This document shows positions 29,201 through 38,969 of a stretch of DNA of 64,000 bases, piece by piece. This DNA comes from a bacterium (GTDB lineage Bacteria > Hinthialibacterota > Hinthialibacteria > Hinthialibacterales > Hinthialibacteraceae): assembly GCA_963662285.2 (NCBI GenBank), contig CAXXMV010000006.1, positions 320,001-384,000 on the forward strand, written 5' to 3'. The notes under the pieces were generated by a model. That model did no database searches, was not told the DNA's origin, and worked only from the letters and a program-made list of their open reading frames with translations. A program made the translations under genes and the position numbers. The stretch's first letter is position 1; every line of letters begins with the position of its first letter.

Positions 29201-31496
29201 CTTCCATTGTTCCGGCTTCGTGGTTGCCGTCGGATTCATCGTCAAAGGATGGAGGATTGCCGCTTACATTGGATCGGGCTATTTCAACGCCGTTGAGATA
29301 GGCAATGAACGAGTCGTCGTAATCCACGCCCAGAGCGAGCAGGGCGAAACCTTCAACGCTATCCAGGGTGAAGGTTTTACGGATGTAAAGGCTTAGATAG
29401 CGATTTTGCATATCATTAATGATTGTATTGTCATCATCGTCATCGTATCCAAAACCGGCTTGTCCTTCATCCCATGAGGCATCATCAAAATCAACTGCAT
29501 TCCAATTGGAAGGCGGCGCCTGGTTGCCTTTGAAATATTTCCACTGTTCTTCCATGTCGATGAGTAGTTTTGATTCAGTTTGCTGCTCGCTGGTTGAAGC
29601 AGTCAGTTTATCCGGCGTATGGTTAACCTTGGTGATCCGGGGCGGCTCGTTGGTGGTGATTTGCGAGTTGGGCGCTCCAGGGCTGTTTTTTTGTCCGCTG
29701 CGCCAGTTGTGAGCGTCACGGTTGTCGCCGTTGGGAGTAATTAATTCCAGAGAGTTGCCATCTCCATCAGGCCGGATAGGCCAGGGGAAAGTATCGTTGA
29801 ACTGGACGTAGTCGATCACGATATTCAAATCCGGATCGTCTTGATTAATGTTATTGGTCAGGGCGATGGATTCTCCAGCGTTATTGAGCTGAAGGGTAAA
29901 ATTTCCCACCTTGTTCTGTACTTCGGGATATTGATTTACATTACGGCAAATCAGCAGATAGCCTTTGGCTGGAATGATGGTTCCAGCGGGAATGATGAAG
30001 TTGATGCCTTCGGTAAATCTCCATCCGCTAACATCCACCGCAGTGGCGCCCTGGTTGAAGAGTTCCACGTATTCTTTATCAAGGTTGTTGTCGTATTCTT
30101 CATCTTCGGGGTGATAGAGAACTTCATTGATGATCACATCGTAATCGTGATAATTGGCATCGGTGATCTTGCGGATATTCTCTTTACCCTTGGAACCCAT
30201 CGGCGCAACCGCCCAATTGTTGGGCTGGTTGTTGGGGCGGCTTGGATCAACCAATTCATAAGAACTGATCATTCCTTCAACAAGATTGGGCCATTCGCTG
30301 TTGTCGGAATATTCTACTTGCGTAATCAGATGACCGTTGGGATCGAATAAGCGGATCTGGTCGCCCTGGTCGTTGAGAGAGAAGGGTAGATCGCCGAAGG
30401 TGTTTAAGCCGCCATCCGTTTTTTGTGAAAATACCAAATATCCCTTGGCCGGAATTACGGTTCCCTGCAATATGCGGAAGAAATTAGAATCGTTGGAATC
30501 TTTGATGAGCCAATCTGATAAATCTATTGATTGATTGGTCGGGTTGAATAATTCAATCCATTCATCATAGTTTACCGAATCATCATAAGGGTAGCCGATC
30601 TGAAACTCGTTGATCAGAACTGAACCGGGGAAATGCGGCGCGTTATCTACTTTATAAAGAAAACGGCCTTCGCCGGGGCCGGAGGGCGCATTGATCTGGT
30701 ATCCATCGCTGTTGCTGGCGATTATTGAATAATCCACGACAGTCGCTTCGCTTTGGGCAGGCAGTATGGCGGCGAAGCGGTCTCCCTGCTTGGTCATTGA
30801 TAGCGTCTTGGCGGCGGCGCCGTTAACTGAATAAGAGAGGGTAACGATGTTAATCGTGACGCCTTGTTCAAATAGAGCTTCAATTGTAACTGCGTCCTGG
30901 TCAGATGGCGACTGGGGAATATGTTTGATGCTGATAATCTGTGGAGGCGTGTTTTGAGTCAGTTGGGAATTGGCTTTACCCGGACTGGGTTTCAGGCTGG
31001 CTTTCCAGTATAGGATATTGTTATTATCCACTTGAGGATGCACCAATTCGAGGGATGCGCCATCGCCATCAGCCAGTTTAGGCCAGGGGGCGTTATCGCT
31101 GTATTCGACCTCATCAACTTTCTGGTCGAACTGATCATACAGAGCAATATCTTCACCGCTGTTGGATAGTTTGGTCGGGGCGTAGTTTCCGATGGTATTA
31201 ACTGTTCCGCCAAGATTGTATTGCGCCCGGACGAATAGCTCGTTGCGGCATAGCAGCAGATAGCCATTCGCTTCAATTATGGCGCCTTGAGGAAAAGTAA
31301 ATTCGATTCCGTTCTTGAATTGCCAACCGGCAATATCCACAGGATTTGAATCACTGTTGAAGAGTTCAATATACTCTGCATTGAGATCATCCGAACTGGG
31401 GTGATACATGATCTCGTTTATTACGACCTCTCCAAATGTCGGCATGACGCCAACCACTCCAATTATTAATAACAAGTATACGATTTTACGGCTCAT
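26253..31496 (-). CDS. Secreted multidomain protein: lamin-tail domains, jelly-roll, CotH kinase, FN3, LamG
   Basis: GGAG RBS before ATG 31496 and a signal peptide; repeated VINEIMYHP/EYIELFN; CotH motifs GIRYRGN, KKSWKIQF, DSTEKNY, PWDMSHAWG; LamG IDEVRLS. Confidence 0.9.
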   Translation of the reverse strand: MSRKIVYLLLIIGVVGVMPTFGEVVINEIMYHPSSDDLNAEYIELFNSDSNPVDIAGWQFKNGIEFTFPQGAIIEANGYLLLCRNELFVRAQYNLGGTVNTIGNYAPTKLSNSGEDIALYDQFDQKVDEVEYSDNAPWPKLADGDGASLELVHPQVDNNNILYWKASLKPSPGKANSQLTQNTPPQIISIKHIPQSPSDQDAVTIEALFEQGVTINIVTLSYSVNGAAAKTLSMTKQGDRFAAILPAQSEATVVDYSIIASNSDGYQINAPSGPGEGRFLYKVDNAPHFPGSVLINEFQIGYPYDDSVNYDEWIELFNPTNQSIDLSDWLIKDSNDSNFFRILQGTVIPAKGYLVFSQKTDGGLNTFGDLPFSLNDQGDQIRLFDPNGHLITQVEYSDNSEWPNLVEGMISSYELVDPSRPNNQPNNWAVAPMGSKGKENIRKITDANYHDYDVIINEVLYHPEDEEYDNNLDKEYVELFNQGATAVDVSGWRFTEGINFIIPAGTIIPAKGYLLICRNVNQYPEVQNKVGNFTLQLNNAGESIALTNNINQDDPDLNIVIDYVQFNDTFPWPIRPDGDGNSLELITPNGDNRDAHNWRSGQKNSPGAPNSQITTNEPPRITKVNHTPDKLTASTSEQQTESKLLIDMEEQWKYFKGNQAPPSNWNAVDFDDASWDEGQAGFGYDDDDDNTIINDMQNRYLSLYIRKTFTLDSVEGFALLALGVDYDDSFIAYLNGVEIARSNVSGNPPSFDDESDGNHEAGTMEEFDVTSFIKNLRPGKNVLAVQGHNTSLTSSDFSLHPALAMMRVLDAGEDDADAITITAKAVDEDGIDTVTLHYQRLSSPYGTGLVMGEWKSVNMFDNGTSGDNIADDGVYSYKLNNAETIRPHEIWRYKITATDKAGQVATIPRQEEKTQALAFFVEDRLDPPKYPTIYLFAEQEVLNWLNRNVQSDVEQPSFVVIEGEVFDLSNSGGIRYRGNTLRNKPKKSWKIQFAKDHRWNNRRTYNLNANYQTSPLLRGESGFQEHLAYQFMQQAGVPASDSKHYRVVLNNAYYGLFIGLEQYNEDFLDAHDMPAETQLYKAGIKARRSYLTKEPNFDAYAQKYENAIGRADDIAVLINFIEELNDSSDLKSFFESNVNIETYLNYLASVAVLSHVDSTEKNYFPSRGADQLWYISPWDMSHAWGEIHTSDSFPLISNYSLLDGAVGGVFGTNELRKRFLGVPEFRDRYYQRLRYFVEHIFTHEHLDPIFDSYWSYLEDAIRENMERWNSPGQIDDMISEMKKYITARREFILKDKNVRAADTSNAPENVLPANHAVLTSRIVELQAVTAFSSPLVMQWEINQNNDDFYKPIWSSQNKVDAPSIKVPAYIIGAGTTYFWRARYQRNDGLWSDWSQPTSFSLNPGLAPPDVENVIVTPMNESLRIQWSQPTAADLIRVDIFEDNEIIESTPITDNRIRIRDLKNGQLYTFVIRTISENRLSSKGVVVQGSPVGDIAEGNVIAYYRFEGDAKESIGLFPDGQLLGSTSIAAPGANSEVPLTEQPNTTALVLDGVDGNGFQFGSTESYLDVEQSMTIECYAMFSLNSFGEAILVDRYDEANASVDGVWRFAAGLSETGSLDFLLNDASANSGFNERLHTATSGGAVIYDGLFHHYAAVVNLKNTMQPVLLYVDGNKVEAQITHYEDGLAYDKLRTDSDLPIMVGARRTAAGTTDVLPGRIDEVRLSAGALTPDQFLNGPDITAVSDWALY

Positions 31497-31674
31497 GGAA
31501 TTCTCCAAATCTAGTGAAAATATTTTAAAACAGGGAATAAATATGGACGTAATTATAACAATAGTTATGAATAAGATATCCTTTTTTTGCGTATTTGTCA
31601 CATCTTTAGAGACTGGGAAAGTGTTTTAAGGGCGGTATGGGTCATATTTGGATTGAAATAAGGTTTCTTGATCA

Positions 31675-32049
31675 TTAAACCATGCGGCCTGTCGCCATGC
31701 CGAGGAAGAAAACCACCAGTCCGCCTATGGTTTGGAAACCGATATTCCATAGCGCCATGCCGTATTCCGCGTCGCGCAGCAGCTCGCTGGTTTCGAAGAT
31801 ATAGGTGGAGAATGTGGTGAAGGCGCCCATGAATCCGGTTAAGACTATGGCCCGCGTCTCGCCGCTGATGAGCATTCTCTCTTCGGCTAGGGTCCAGATC
31901 ATACCGAACAGAAAACAGCCCAGCAGGTTAACTACCGGCGTGCCCCAGGCGAATCCGATTCCATCAAACCATTGAACCAGGCCGGATAATCCGTAGCGGG
32001 CGAGGCTGCCCATTCCGCCAGCGATGGCGATTAATAACAATTTCTGCAT
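31675..32049 (-). CDS. crcB: Fluoride efflux channel FluC/CrcB
   Basis: GGMGSLARY, GTPVVNLLGCF, TGFMGAFTTFSTY. Confidence 0.95.
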   Translation of the reverse strand: MQKLLLIAIAGGMGSLARYGLSGLVQWFDGIGFAWGTPVVNLLGCFLFGMIWTLAEERMLISGETRAIVLTGFMGAFTTFSTYIFETSELLRDAEYGMALWNIGFQTIGGLVVFFLGMATGRMV

Positions 32050-32452
32050 TATTAATAACTATCCTCTCTGCGCTGATGTAACAATTTACCTATTGATAAT
32101 ATTTCATGGATAAATAATAGCCTTTGATCGGGTGCGGCGAAGTGCTGAACCGTCTGCTGGAATGAGAATATCTATTAATTTTTGTAACCGTTGAATATTG
32201 TGTATGTTATGCGGTGCGTACTTTATTTAGAGAATATGTAAAGGCAAATTATAAAGAAAACGATTTTTTTTGAATCAGTGGAAAAATTAAAATAAAAAAA
32301 ACTATTTTTACGAATCTATTGACTGGTTTTTTCGTATAACTGTTAGGTTTATGTTTGTTTGTGATGCTATGCGTGTTATATAATCATTAAATATATCGGT
32401 TTTTCGCATTAATTACGCGTGGTTATATGTAAGAAATGAAGGGGATAATTTT

Positions 32453-35400
32453 ATGTATTCATTTTATGATCGAATGTGGAAAAAAAATGTTTCGGGAACG
32501 GGAGTTGGACTCTTGTTAGTGGCTCTATTATTAGGTGGTTCTCAAGGTGCAATAGCGCAAGATGTTTTAATTACTGAGTTTATGTCGATTGATAACCGAA
32601 TTCTTGCGGATGAAGATGGTCAGTTTCCCGATTGGATAGAAATATATAACGCTGGATTGGAAGGCGTTAATTTGCAGGGCTGGCATCTTACTGATGATAT
32701 TAATGATCTTGCTAAATGGACATTTCCTGCGGTTGAGTTGTCTCCCAATGAATACCTGGTGGTTTTTGCTTCAGGGAATAACCGCGTCGATGCTGATAAA
32801 AATCTGCATACCAATTTTAAGTTAAGCGTGGATGGTGAATATCTGGCGTTGGTTAAGCCTGACGGGCAAGAAGTTGTTCATGAATATGGGCCGCTCTATC
32901 CAAATCAGAACGCTCCGCAAGAGGGATTTTCCTATGGAGTGGGGATGAGCAGCGCCAAACTGATTTCGGCTGATAGTGATGTGAGAATATGGACGCCTAC
33001 AGACGATACTCTTGGCGCAACATGGACCGGGCTTGATTTTGATGAAACTGATTGGGTAAGCGCTGCCAATGGCGTAGGTTATGGATCGCAGGAGGGCGTA
33101 TTCTCGGTTACGGTTCATCGAACCCGCGATCAGTTGGTTTCTTTCGGATTTGCTGAGCGGGCATATATTGATGGAAGCAATCTGTTTTCTAAAGCATATT
33201 ATGGTGAATATAGCACGATTAACTTTCATAATATTGTGTGTGATGGTCATTATGGTGATGATGAAACTTTCACTGGCCTGCGTAAACAAATGGATGTAAA
33301 TAATTTTATCGCCTTGGTTACTGGAGTTATACAAATTCCATACGACGGCGTTTGGACTTTCGGCGTCAATTCAGATAACGGCGCTCGTCTGCGTATTGAC
33401 GGGAAAGATGTAATAGAAGATAACAGCGCTCATGAAGCAGAAGATCATTTTGGCGTTGTCGAATTGACAGCCGGGCTTCATGAAATTGATATCTTTTATT
33501 ATGAATATATGGGAGACGCCGGGCTTGAGCTATTCGCCGCTCGTGGAGAGTGGTCTTCTTTTGATCCGGGAAGGTTTCATCTGGTGGGAGATATTGCGAA
33601 TGGCGGTATTCCGTTATCGGGATTTGGTTCTTTGATTCATCATGACGTCGAAGAGTCTCTTAGAGGGCTTAGCGCTTCACTATATCTTCGTATTCCATTT
33701 CAAATCGATAATCCTGCTGACATAAGTCGCTTGGCGCTGAAAATGTTTTATAACGATGGTTTTGTCGCTTATATCAATGGAGAAGAGGTTGCGCGTCGCA
33801 ATGCTCCTGAGGTTGTATCGTGGGATTCATCGGCGGTGCAGAAGCGTTCTGAGGTGGAAACCCTTGATATGGAGACTATTGGTATAGAAATTCCAGCGGG
33901 ATTGCTGGTTTCGGCGACCAATATTCTGGCAATACATAGTATGAATGCCAGTGTGGATGATGATGATTTTCTGGCAGCCCCAAAGTTGGAATTATACTCT
34001 GTTAATTCTAAAAACCAGTTATTTTTCGGTGAGCCAAGTCCGGGAGGGATCAATACTGCAGGAGTAGTGGGATTTGTGCAGGATACGAAATTCAGCCATA
34101 ACCGGGGATTCTATGATGAACCGTTTCTGGTTGACATAACCACTGATACTGCGGATGCGGTTATTCGATATACCACTGATGGTTCAACGCCGTCAGAAGA
34201 TAGCGGTAATGTTTATAGTGCTCCGATATCTATTACGACCACCACTCCATTACGCGCAGCGGCGTTCAAAGCGGGCTATCAGCCGACCGATGTTGATACG
34301 CATTCTTATATCTTTCTAAATGATGTGATTCATCAGACGCGCCCCAATGATAGTTATCCGACTAGGTGGGGCGGCGGAGTGAGTTCTGATTATGATATGG
34401 ATCCAGAGGTTGTTGAAGATGAAGATTACAAGGATACCATTGTTGATGATTTAAAAACCATACCTTCGATATCAATCGTAATGGATGTTGATGATCTTTT
34501 CGGGTCTCAAGGCATTTACACTCATCCAGAGAGCAAAGGAATCCAATGGGAAAGAGCGGCTTCCACAGAATTGATTAATCCCGATGGAAAAGAGGGATTT
34601 CAACTCAATAACGGTATAAGGATGCAGGGTGGATACAGCCGGGTTCCGTCAAACCATAAGCATTCGTTCCGACTGTTATTTAAGCGAGAATACGGTCCTG
34701 CATCATTGCGTTATCCTCTCTTTGATAATTCACCAGTAGAGCGTTTTGATACGCTGACCATTCGTGGTGGATATAACTATACATGGCATTGTGGTTCCGG
34801 TTCAGGCCCTGGATTTGGCAGCAGCATCGGCAGACCTGATTTTATCCGTGATGAATTCGCCCGCCGCACCCAGTTGGATATGGGGCGGCCTGCTTCGCAT
34901 GGAACTTATGTTCATCTTTATCTGAATGGTATGTATTGGGGATTATATGATATCTGCGAACGTCCCGACGACGCATTTTCAGCAGATCATTTTGGCGGTG
35001 AAAAAGAGGATTGGGATAGCATTGCCAGTGGTACTAAAGACATCTATGAAACCCAGGTCAAAGGCGGTGACAAAAACGCCTGGAATGAAATGATGGCCAT
35101 AGTGTATGAGGGCGGCTTTGATAATCAGGATAACTATGAGGCGATTAAGCGATATGTTGATATTCCTAATTTGATTGACTATATGCTCTCCATTTATTTT
35201 ACTGGCAACCGTGATGCACCGACTCAAATAGGTGGTTCCGGAACTCCCTGGAATTTCTATTCCAGTCGATATCGCAAACCGGGCGCCGGTTTCATGTTTT
35301 ACGCCTGGGATTCTGAGTGGATTCTTGAAGAAAATGAAATCGATGTAGTTCGTTTCCACAATGGCATCGATAATCCAGCCAGAATTTTCAGGGAACTATT

Positions 35401-38356
35401 GGCTAATCCAGATTTTCTCATACAGTGCGCTGATCAAATTCAGCGCCATTTCTTCAACGGAGGAGCGTTGACTCCTGAATCTTCCATAAAGCGCTATAGC
35501 AATCTGGCGTCGATCATTGATCGAGCTATAGTCGGCGAATCCGCCCGGTGGGGTGATGCGGCCAGTGGCAGAGCGAAGACGCGCGATGATAACTGGGTAA
35601 AAGAAAGGGATCGCTTGCTCAATGATTATTTCCCGGTGCGTACCGATATTGTGATTCAGCAATTAAAAGATTTCGGTATATATCCTGCTCTGCCTGCTCC
35701 TCAGTTCAATCATACTGGTGGAGATGTTGCTTCTGGTTTTGAATTGACGATGGAGACGATTAGTCCTGATCATGATTCAAATATCCAGTTATTTGAGTTT
35801 ACCGATGAGTGGAAATATATTTCTGCGGGAGAAGCATCTGGCTTGCAGTGGCAATCGGTGGAGTATGATGATTCGGCCTGGCCATCGGGTGGGGCTGGAT
35901 TCTATGCAGGGGAATCATTGGTTACGGCGCCTATGAATACGGAGTTGAGTAATGGCGCGGTTACTTATTATTTCCGTAAGACATTTGAAATTAATGAAGC
36001 AATTGATCTGAATGAAGTCTACTTATGGTTGGTTGGCGTGATTGATGATGGCGCCGTGGTTTATCTCAACGGTCAGGAAGCAGCGCGAATCGGTATGCCC
36101 AATGGGGCGATTAATCAAATTACCTTTGCTAACCGTAAAGTTGATGATGCTCATGAGGAAGCAATCCTAGTTCCTGCCGAATTGCTTAAGGCGGGCGAAA
36201 ATGTATTGGCTGTTGAGGTGCATCAGCATTTGATTAGCGGTAATGACGTCACTTTCGGGATGGTTCCGGTTTTTTCGGTGAAGGAGCAGGGCGGTATTGG
36301 AGAACCTTTTGAGATATGGCAGGGTCCGCTTCAGGTTCCCGGCGGCGCTTCGTATGAAATGCGTATAAAGTTTTATAAGGATGATAATGGTAAACTTACG
36401 GGAACCTTGGATAGCATAGATGAGGATGTGTTTGACATTCCTCTTGATAAGGTAACCCGTACAGATGATAACTGGAGCGTCAGTTTTACAGCCGCTCAAC
36501 TGACTATTGGAGGCCCTTATTTGGATGAAAATACAGTTGATGCGGTTTGGAAGCAACAGACTACAGAGTTTCCTATCGTATTGAAGAAGATTAAATATGA
36601 GCCGCCTAAACCGTCGGTGCTTGATGCGCCGATTTATTACACAGTTGATGGCTCGGATCCACGTTTATCCGGGGGGGATATCAACATGGATCAAGCGCGG
36701 ATTTATGATGCGCCCATTACACTTGATCAAAATACAATAATTCGCAGCCGCTCTTACCGAGACGGAGAGTGGAGCGCCATCACTGAAGCGTCGTTCTTTA
36801 TCGGTGAAGCGACTGCTGATCTGGTGGTTATTCAGGAAAACTTAGTGATTTCTGAAATGATGTATAACCCGGTTGCGGGCAGCGAATATGAGTATATCGA
36901 ACTCAAGAATGTTCACCCGTCAATAGCGCTTGATCTTAGCGGCTTGGCTTTTACGGCGGGTATTGATTACCGTTTTGCAAATGATACGTTCCTGGCGCCG
37001 GGGAGCATTATTCTTATTACCCCTTCAGCAAATGCAGAGGAAAAAGAGGCGTTCTGCGCGTATTACAAACTGGGCGAAGACGTTCTGGTGGTGGGGCCGT
37101 ATAATGGGAAACTGTCAAATAGCGGAGAACTGATTATGCTTACGGCGGCTGATGGTGAGACCGTCGTGCTTGATTTTGAATTTCAGGATGGCCGGGGCTG
37201 GCCGCTGGCCGCTGATGGCGCCGGGCATTCGCTTGTTCCATTAGCATCTGTGAATGAATGGCAGAGAAGCGGTGCGTTATATTATGGCGGCAACTGGCGC
37301 GCCAGTGCATTTATGTCCGGTTCTCCGGGATTGGATAATCCTGACGCTGATCCCAATGTTGTGTTGAATGAAATATACGTCCATTCAGAAAATTCATCAT
37401 CGCTGCAGGATTGGGTTGAAATATCCAATGCTTCAGAGGAATCGGTTGATCTCCAAGGTTGGTATTTAAGTGATGATGCGGATATGTTGAGTAAATGGGC
37501 TATTGCAGAACTCGAAATCCCCAGTCATGGTTTAATTCGGCTTGATAAAGTAAACGGGCTGGAGTCTGTTGACGGGGCTGGTTTTGATCTGGATCGTCTG
37601 GGTGGGGAATTGTATCTTTCCCAACTGCCGGATGTAGAAGGCGCTGGGCGCGTGGTCGATGCCGTTCGTTTCAAAGGACAGCAAGCGGATGTCTCATTGG
37701 GGCGTTATGGAGATGGCGAGCCGTTTTTCTATAGTATGACGCCTAGCGGCGACCTGCCCAATTCTGCGGGAATAGCTCATGTAGTGATTCAGGAGATCAT
37801 GTATCATCCATTAGAAAATGCGAATCAGGAAGAAGGCGCCGGGCAGGTTGAATATATCGAATTGTTGAATCCAACCGATGCGCCTGTTGCATTGTCGACC
37901 AATGGCGTCTCATGGCGTATGGATGGCGGAATTGATTTGGTCTTACCAGAGGGACTATCAATAGCTCCTCAGGAACGCCTGTTGATTGTTGGATTTGATC
38001 CGAATGAGGCAGCGGAGATGGATAATTTCATCAGCGCATATAACATCCCGGTTAATAATACCCAGATTATCGGGCCATATAACGGCAAACTCTCCAATCG
38101 TGGAGAGCGCATCGCTTTAGAAAAACCGTTGTTGCTCAGCAACTCTGGAGAACCAGCGGCCTGGATTATTGTGGATGAGGTGATCTTCGCTGATCAGTCT
38201 CCCTGGCCGATGGAAGCAGATGGAACAGGAGCGTCTTTGCAAAGGATTTCACCTGATGCATCGGGTAATGATCCATCTAACTGGAAATATGCGGAAGCAT
38301 CACCCTGCATGGAGGCAGGGACGTCAACGGCGGTCCAGAGCTGGATGATTTATTAA
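32453..38356 (+). CDS. Secreted multidomain protein: lamin-tail domains, PA14, chitobiase/FN3-associated domains, CotH kinase
   Basis: Signal peptide; ITEFM/DWIEIYN lamin-tail motifs; PA14 FGVNSDNG; IRYTTDGSTP; CotH GIRMQGG, KHSFRLLF, YWGLY, GNRD, AWDSEW. Confidence 0.9.
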   Translation: MYSFYDRMWKKNVSGTGVGLLLVALLLGGSQGAIAQDVLITEFMSIDNRILADEDGQFPDWIEIYNAGLEGVNLQGWHLTDDINDLAKWTFPAVELSPNEYLVVFASGNNRVDADKNLHTNFKLSVDGEYLALVKPDGQEVVHEYGPLYPNQNAPQEGFSYGVGMSSAKLISADSDVRIWTPTDDTLGATWTGLDFDETDWVSAANGVGYGSQEGVFSVTVHRTRDQLVSFGFAERAYIDGSNLFSKAYYGEYSTINFHNIVCDGHYGDDETFTGLRKQMDVNNFIALVTGVIQIPYDGVWTFGVNSDNGARLRIDGKDVIEDNSAHEAEDHFGVVELTAGLHEIDIFYYEYMGDAGLELFAARGEWSSFDPGRFHLVGDIANGGIPLSGFGSLIHHDVEESLRGLSASLYLRIPFQIDNPADISRLALKMFYNDGFVAYINGEEVARRNAPEVVSWDSSAVQKRSEVETLDMETIGIEIPAGLLVSATNILAIHSMNASVDDDDFLAAPKLELYSVNSKNQLFFGEPSPGGINTAGVVGFVQDTKFSHNRGFYDEPFLVDITTDTADAVIRYTTDGSTPSEDSGNVYSAPISITTTTPLRAAAFKAGYQPTDVDTHSYIFLNDVIHQTRPNDSYPTRWGGGVSSDYDMDPEVVEDEDYKDTIVDDLKTIPSISIVMDVDDLFGSQGIYTHPESKGIQWERAASTELINPDGKEGFQLNNGIRMQGGYSRVPSNHKHSFRLLFKREYGPASLRYPLFDNSPVERFDTLTIRGGYNYTWHCGSGSGPGFGSSIGRPDFIRDEFARRTQLDMGRPASHGTYVHLYLNGMYWGLYDICERPDDAFSADHFGGEKEDWDSIASGTKDIYETQVKGGDKNAWNEMMAIVYEGGFDNQDNYEAIKRYVDIPNLIDYMLSIYFTGNRDAPTQIGGSGTPWNFYSSRYRKPGAGFMFYAWDSEWILEENEIDVVRFHNGIDNPARIFRELLANPDFLIQCADQIQRHFFNGGALTPESSIKRYSNLASIIDRAIVGESARWGDAASGRAKTRDDNWVKERDRLLNDYFPVRTDIVIQQLKDFGIYPALPAPQFNHTGGDVASGFELTMETISPDHDSNIQLFEFTDEWKYISAGEASGLQWQSVEYDDSAWPSGGAGFYAGESLVTAPMNTELSNGAVTYYFRKTFEINEAIDLNEVYLWLVGVIDDGAVVYLNGQEAARIGMPNGAINQITFANRKVDDAHEEAILVPAELLKAGENVLAVEVHQHLISGNDVTFGMVPVFSVKEQGGIGEPFEIWQGPLQVPGGASYEMRIKFYKDDNGKLTGTLDSIDEDVFDIPLDKVTRTDDNWSVSFTAAQLTIGGPYLDENTVDAVWKQQTTEFPIVLKKIKYEPPKPSVLDAPIYYTVDGSDPRLSGGDINMDQARIYDAPITLDQNTIIRSRSYRDGEWSAITEASFFIGEATADLVVIQENLVISEMMYNPVAGSEYEYIELKNVHPSIALDLSGLAFTAGIDYRFANDTFLAPGSIILITPSANAEEKEAFCAYYKLGEDVLVVGPYNGKLSNSGELIMLTAADGETVVLDFEFQDGRGWPLAADGAGHSLVPLASVNEWQRSGALYYGGNWRASAFMSGSPGLDNPDADPNVVLNEIYVHSENSSSLQDWVEISNASEESVDLQGWYLSDDADMLSKWAIAELEIPSHGLIRLDKVNGLESVDGAGFDLDRLGGELYLSQLPDVEGAGRVVDAVRFKGQQADVSLGRYGDGEPFFYSMTPSGDLPNSAGIAHVVIQEIMYHPLENANQEEGAGQVEYIELLNPTDAPVALSTNGVSWRMDGGIDLVLPEGLSIAPQERLLIVGFDPNEAAEMDNFISAYNIPVNNTQIIGPYNGKLSNRGERIALEKPLLLSNSGEPAAWIIVDEVIFADQSPWPMEADGTGASLQRISPDASGNDPSNWKYAEASPCMEAGTSTAVQSWMIY

Positions 38357-38383
38357 GGTTTCGTATGCGTAAATGAATTTTTT

Positions 38384-38422
38384 GTGGGATGTGGTGCGAT
38401 TTTGTGCATTGCATCCCACTTT
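38384..38422 (+). terminator. Hairpin terminator after the 1967-aa gene
   Basis: GTGGGATGTGGTGC / GCATTGCATCCCAC stem with G-U pairs, followed by TTT. Confidence 0.65.
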
Positions 38423-38542
38423 AACACCTATAGGTTAGAGAAGAGTTCATTAACAACGAGTTTTTCAGGATTTAATAAATTAACAAAAGCGCCAGTTATA
38501 TCATGAAGAACTGAAATTATTAACAAAGATGGCTCAAATCGC

Positions 38543-38572
38543 TTGACAGAGAAGATAAGCGAGTAATAATTT
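38543..38572 (+). promoter_or_regulatory. Putative sigma70 promoter of tRNA-Gly
   Basis: Perfect TTGACA at 38543 with TAATAATTT starting 15 bp downstream. Confidence 0.5.
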
Positions 38573-38637
38573 CAAAGCGTATTTTGATTGATTTTCTAAA
38601 GAGATAAACAATCAATCCTACCGGATTAACAAAAAAC

Positions 38638-38711
38638 GCGGGAGTAGCTCAATTGGCTAGAGCATCAGCCTTCCAAGCTGAGGGTTACGAGTTCGATTCT
38701 CGCCTCCCGCT
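38638..38711 (+). tRNA. tRNA-Gly(UCC)
   Basis: Full cloverleaf: GCGGGAG/CTCCCGC acceptor, TCAGC-CTTCCAA-GCTGA anticodon arm, TTCGATT T-loop, U discriminator. CCA is not encoded. Confidence 0.95.
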
Positions 38712-38969
38712 TTTACTTTCCCCTCTGATGTTGCTTGACTTACAACCTCTTCTGACTGATTGCATTTCTTTGTTCTTCTCCAAAAAACTGTGATTGATAA
38801 AGCATCACGGTGTTCAGCAGTATGAATCAAAATACGAATCACCTTAATATACAACTGCGGTGAGAAATTTCATTAGCCCCTGATCTGCCGGTGAAGCAGA
38901 TAGATGGATTCGAGTTCTTTTCGGATATCAACACAACATTGATATCGTTGGAAAGCAGAGTTTGTGCAT

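Noticed and set aside
31497-31601. 35-aa N-terminal extension of the 1782-aa ORF
   Set aside because: ATG 31496 has a GGAG RBS and gives a normal signal peptide
32050-32250. Fluoride riboswitch upstream of crcB
   Set aside because: The GGNGATG...AACCGC...GCTGATGAC consensus could not be found on the minus strand; an Infernal search would settle it
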